DNA from: Octopus sinensis
Taxonomy: Eukaryota
Assembly (NCBI RefSeq): GCF_006345805.1
Contig: NC_043015.1
Span: 39,494,001-39,558,000, forward strand
Direction: 5' to 3'
DNA length: 64,000 bases
Of the stretch, positions 60,775 through 64,000 are shown one piece after another. Numbering within the stretch: the stretch's first letter is position 1; each line of letters starts with the position of its first letter. The notes under the pieces were generated by a model. It saw only the letters and a list, made by a program, of their open reading frames with translations. It was not told the DNA's origin and did no database searches. Position numbers and translations under genes: made by a program.

Positions 60775-61183
60775 TTATTATTACAACAATGTTTAATATT
60801 GTTATTTATGTAAATAGTGTAAATGTTGATTGTGAATGAAAGATGTATGTAACAGAAACCTTCCAGTGATATAATGCTGATAAAGAGTGTTAGGGGTCTA
60901 ACAACAACCAAAGCATTTTGCCCAGATGGTGAAAGGGCTGCATAGTTTGTCTGAAGTCAAAAATAAACACAATTAAACCTGTTGATCAGTGCAGAGGTGA
61001 TTAAAATATGGGTGCACCTGATTCCACCTGGGTGGCAGCTTCTCTCTTCTCTGTGAGGAAGTTATCCTTATTTATTTTATGTCAAAAAAATCCCCATTGT
61101 GTCTACATTAGATATACTTTATATTTCTGCCCTATTTTTTTTTTATATAAATATATATATAAATATATATATAAATATATATA

Positions 61184-61595
61184 GGCACAGGAGTGGCTGT
61201 GTGGTAAGTAGCTTGCTTACCAACCACATGGTTCCGGGTTCAGTCCCACTGTGTGGCATCTTGAGCAAGTGTCTTCTACTATAGCCACGGACCAACCAAA
61301 GCCTTGTGAGTGGATTTGGTAGACGGAAACTGAAAGAAGCCCCTTCTTATATATGTATATATATATATGTGTGTGTGCATGTTTGTGTGTCTGTGTTTGT
61401 CCCCCTAGCATTGCTTGACAACCGATGCTGGTGTGTTTACGTCCCCGTCGCTTAGCGGTTCAGCAAAAGAGACTGATAGAATAAGTACTGGGCTTACAAA
61501 GAATAAGTCTCAGGGTCGATTTGCTCAACTAAAGGCGGTGCTCCAGCATGGTCACAGTCAAAGGACTGAAACAAGTAAAAGAGAGTAAAAGAGAA
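61184..61595 (+). mobile_element. tRNA-derived SINE family A, full-length copy
   Basis: Head GGCACAGGAGTGGCTGTGTGG...GGTTCAGTCCC, internal (TA/TG)n, tail ...GACTGAAACAAGTAAAAGAG; about 10 copies or fragments in the window. Confidence 0.85.
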
Positions 61596-61659
61596 TATAT
61601 TACCTTGACATGTTTTGTAGCATATTTTCTAATACACTTTATATGACATATATAAACAC

Positions 61660-62497
61660 CACAGATGCTCAGAAAACAGATTCCATCACACTCCAGGGGT
61701 AGAAACTAGAAGTAGTTGATAGCTTCTGCTACCTAGGTGACCAAGTCTGTAGTGGAGCTGGATGCTCAGAGAATGTTACCATTAGAATTAGAATAACCTG
61801 GGCAAAGTTCAGAAAGCTTCTACCCCTACTGGTGAGAAAGGGTCTCTCGCACAGAGTGAAAGGTAGATTGTTCGATGCATGTGTGTGAACTGCCATGCTT
61901 CACAGCAGTGAAACATGGGCTGTGACTGCTGAAGATATGTGTAGGCTTGAAAAAAAATGAAGCTAGCATGGTCCGCTGCATGTGTAAGGTCAGTGTGTGC
62001 ACACGACAGAGTGTAAGTGCTCTAAGACAAATGCTGGACATAAGAAGCATCGGATGTGGCGTGCAAGAGAGATGTTTTCATTGGTATGGTCATGTACTAT
62101 GGATGGATGAGGAGAGCTGTGTGAAAAAGTGCCACTCCTAAGCAGTGGAAGGAAATCTGGGTAGAGGGAGACCCAGGAAGACATGGGACGAGGTGGTGAA
62201 GCATGACCTTCGAACATTGGGCCTCACAGAGGTAATGACAAAAGATCGAAACCTCTGGAGGTATGCTGTGACTGAGAAGACCCATCAAATAAAGTGAGAT
62301 CACAGCTGTACCCTACACCAGTGTCGCATAACCTGCCCACCCAAAAGTTCCTTGGATTGTAGGGTGACATGCTGTGCTTGAGGAGACCTATTGAGTCAAG
62401 TACATCTAAATCAAATCAAATCACAATCAAATGGAAATTGTAGTTGTGATCCCTGTGCCAGTGGCATGTAAAATGCACCACCCAAACGTGGTCAATG
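61660..62497 (+). mobile_element. RTE-clade LINE, 5'-truncated and decayed
   Basis: Translates LEVVDSFCYLGD...AMLHSSETWA...WYGHV...GRGRPRKTW with stops, followed by the start of the 3' UTR. Confidence 0.88.
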
Positions 62498-63062
62498 TTT
62501 TGTTGCTGAATAACCTAACAGACAACAAGAGAATAATGGTTGAGGAATAAATTAGATGGTGTGTAGTGAGTACAACCAATCACCAAGTTGTAGACATTTG
62601 GTGAAGAAAACATCAAGAATGAGTCACAGGTTTTGGAATTATTTACCAATGATGGTCATGGTTAATTTTAGAGAATAGCCAAAGAAAAAAAAAACCGATC
62701 CTCCGAATGTGGTGGTATTTATGAGTTGGGCCCCTTATTTGATTTGAACCCCCAAATATTTAACCTATCTTGATGCTTTAAATTTATACTCCATCTCCTT
62801 TTTATCAAGTAACCCACCACCACCACCACCACCACCACCAACACCAACACCACCACCACCACCAACACCAACACCACCACCAACACCAACACCACCACCA
62901 ACACCAACACCACCACCAACACCAACACCACCACCACCACCAACACCACCACCGCCACCAACACCAACACCACCACATTTTTGGTAACGCTTTTTCTATG
63001 AAATATTTAGTATTGTATGTGTGAGTCCTTGTGGCCAATAAAGGATTATGGTTGTTTAAGAG

Positions 63063-63155
<93 letters not shown>

Positions 63156-64000
63156 TTCCTATGGATACGTATAGTTCATTATCAGTGTAAATAACCTATT
63201 TCAAGTACTTGATCACACACACACACACACATACACTCATATACAGAGAGAAAGGGCTGTACATACACACATTCTTTCCCAGCCCTCCCACACACACACA
63301 CACACACAATAACCTGAATAACCCGAAGGAGGACAAAGGGACAAAATATATATTTATAGGTGTGTGGATGTATGTGGATGTTGGCATGCAAATATATATA
63401 TATATATTATATATATATATATATGTACACATGTGTCTATGTGTGTGTGTGTGGATGTGTATATATACGCAAAAACAAACACACACACATATAGATAGCT
63501 CTGTATGAATGCATGTATGTATATGCATGTATGCATATGTGTATATATATATATATGTGTATATATATATGCATGTACAATGTGTAGATGTGCTGTGTGT
63601 TCAATATTTATACTTCTATAATCTTTATTAATACATCTACTGTATGCCAAAAATACTTTGACACACGTGTTTGTATCTATATGTATGTGTATGTGATTTT
63701 GTAAGCTTATTTGTCTCTATATATATAAATATGTGTGTGTGTGTGTGCTTCTTAAAATACAATACAATATATATATATAGAAATATATATTGTATTGTAT
63801 TTTAAGAAACAGATTAAAAACAAAGGAATTATGAGTATATATACACACATACATACATATATATATATATATATACATACATGCACACACACATACGTGT
63901 GTGTGTGTGTGAGTGTGTGCACGTGAAGAATTGAATGTCATGGATATATATATGTGCATGTGTGTGTACCATATACAATAGAGCTATAGTCATACAAATG

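Noticed and set aside
61184-61260. tRNA-like heads of SINE families A, B, D and E as genuine tRNA genes
   Set aside because: No complete cloverleaf, and each continues into a conserved repeat body; these are SINE heads.

Overview
Eukaryotic, AT-rich, microsatellite-dense animal DNA. The SINE/LINE complement looks like an octopus (coleoid cephalopod) genome; this is inferred from repeat recognition, not a search. Almost all ORFs in the supplied track are microsatellite or repeat artefacts. The main gene is a spliced, minus-strand non-classical cadherin reconstructed by hand as 25 coding exons from ATG 38573 to stop 8602. Every intron is GT..AG and all phases join into one open frame of 3768 nt (1255 aa): signal peptide, about 7 cadherin (EC) repeats, a putative membrane-adjacent SEA/MAD-like domain, a TM helix, and a Tyr-rich ~370-aa tail ending in a class I PDZ motif (-MTQL). 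Introns and flanks hold tRNA-derived SINEs, RTE, CR1, Tx1 and Dong/R4-like LINE fragments, mariner/Tigger, hAT and piggyBac-like MITEs, minisatellites and several fold-back elements. The most unusual signal is a set of minimal type-I hammerhead ribozyme motifs in Penelope-like termini, including one element that joins a tRNA-like Pol III head to a hammerhead-bearing tail (50385-50635). No protein-coding gene could be supported from 41 kb to 64 kb.
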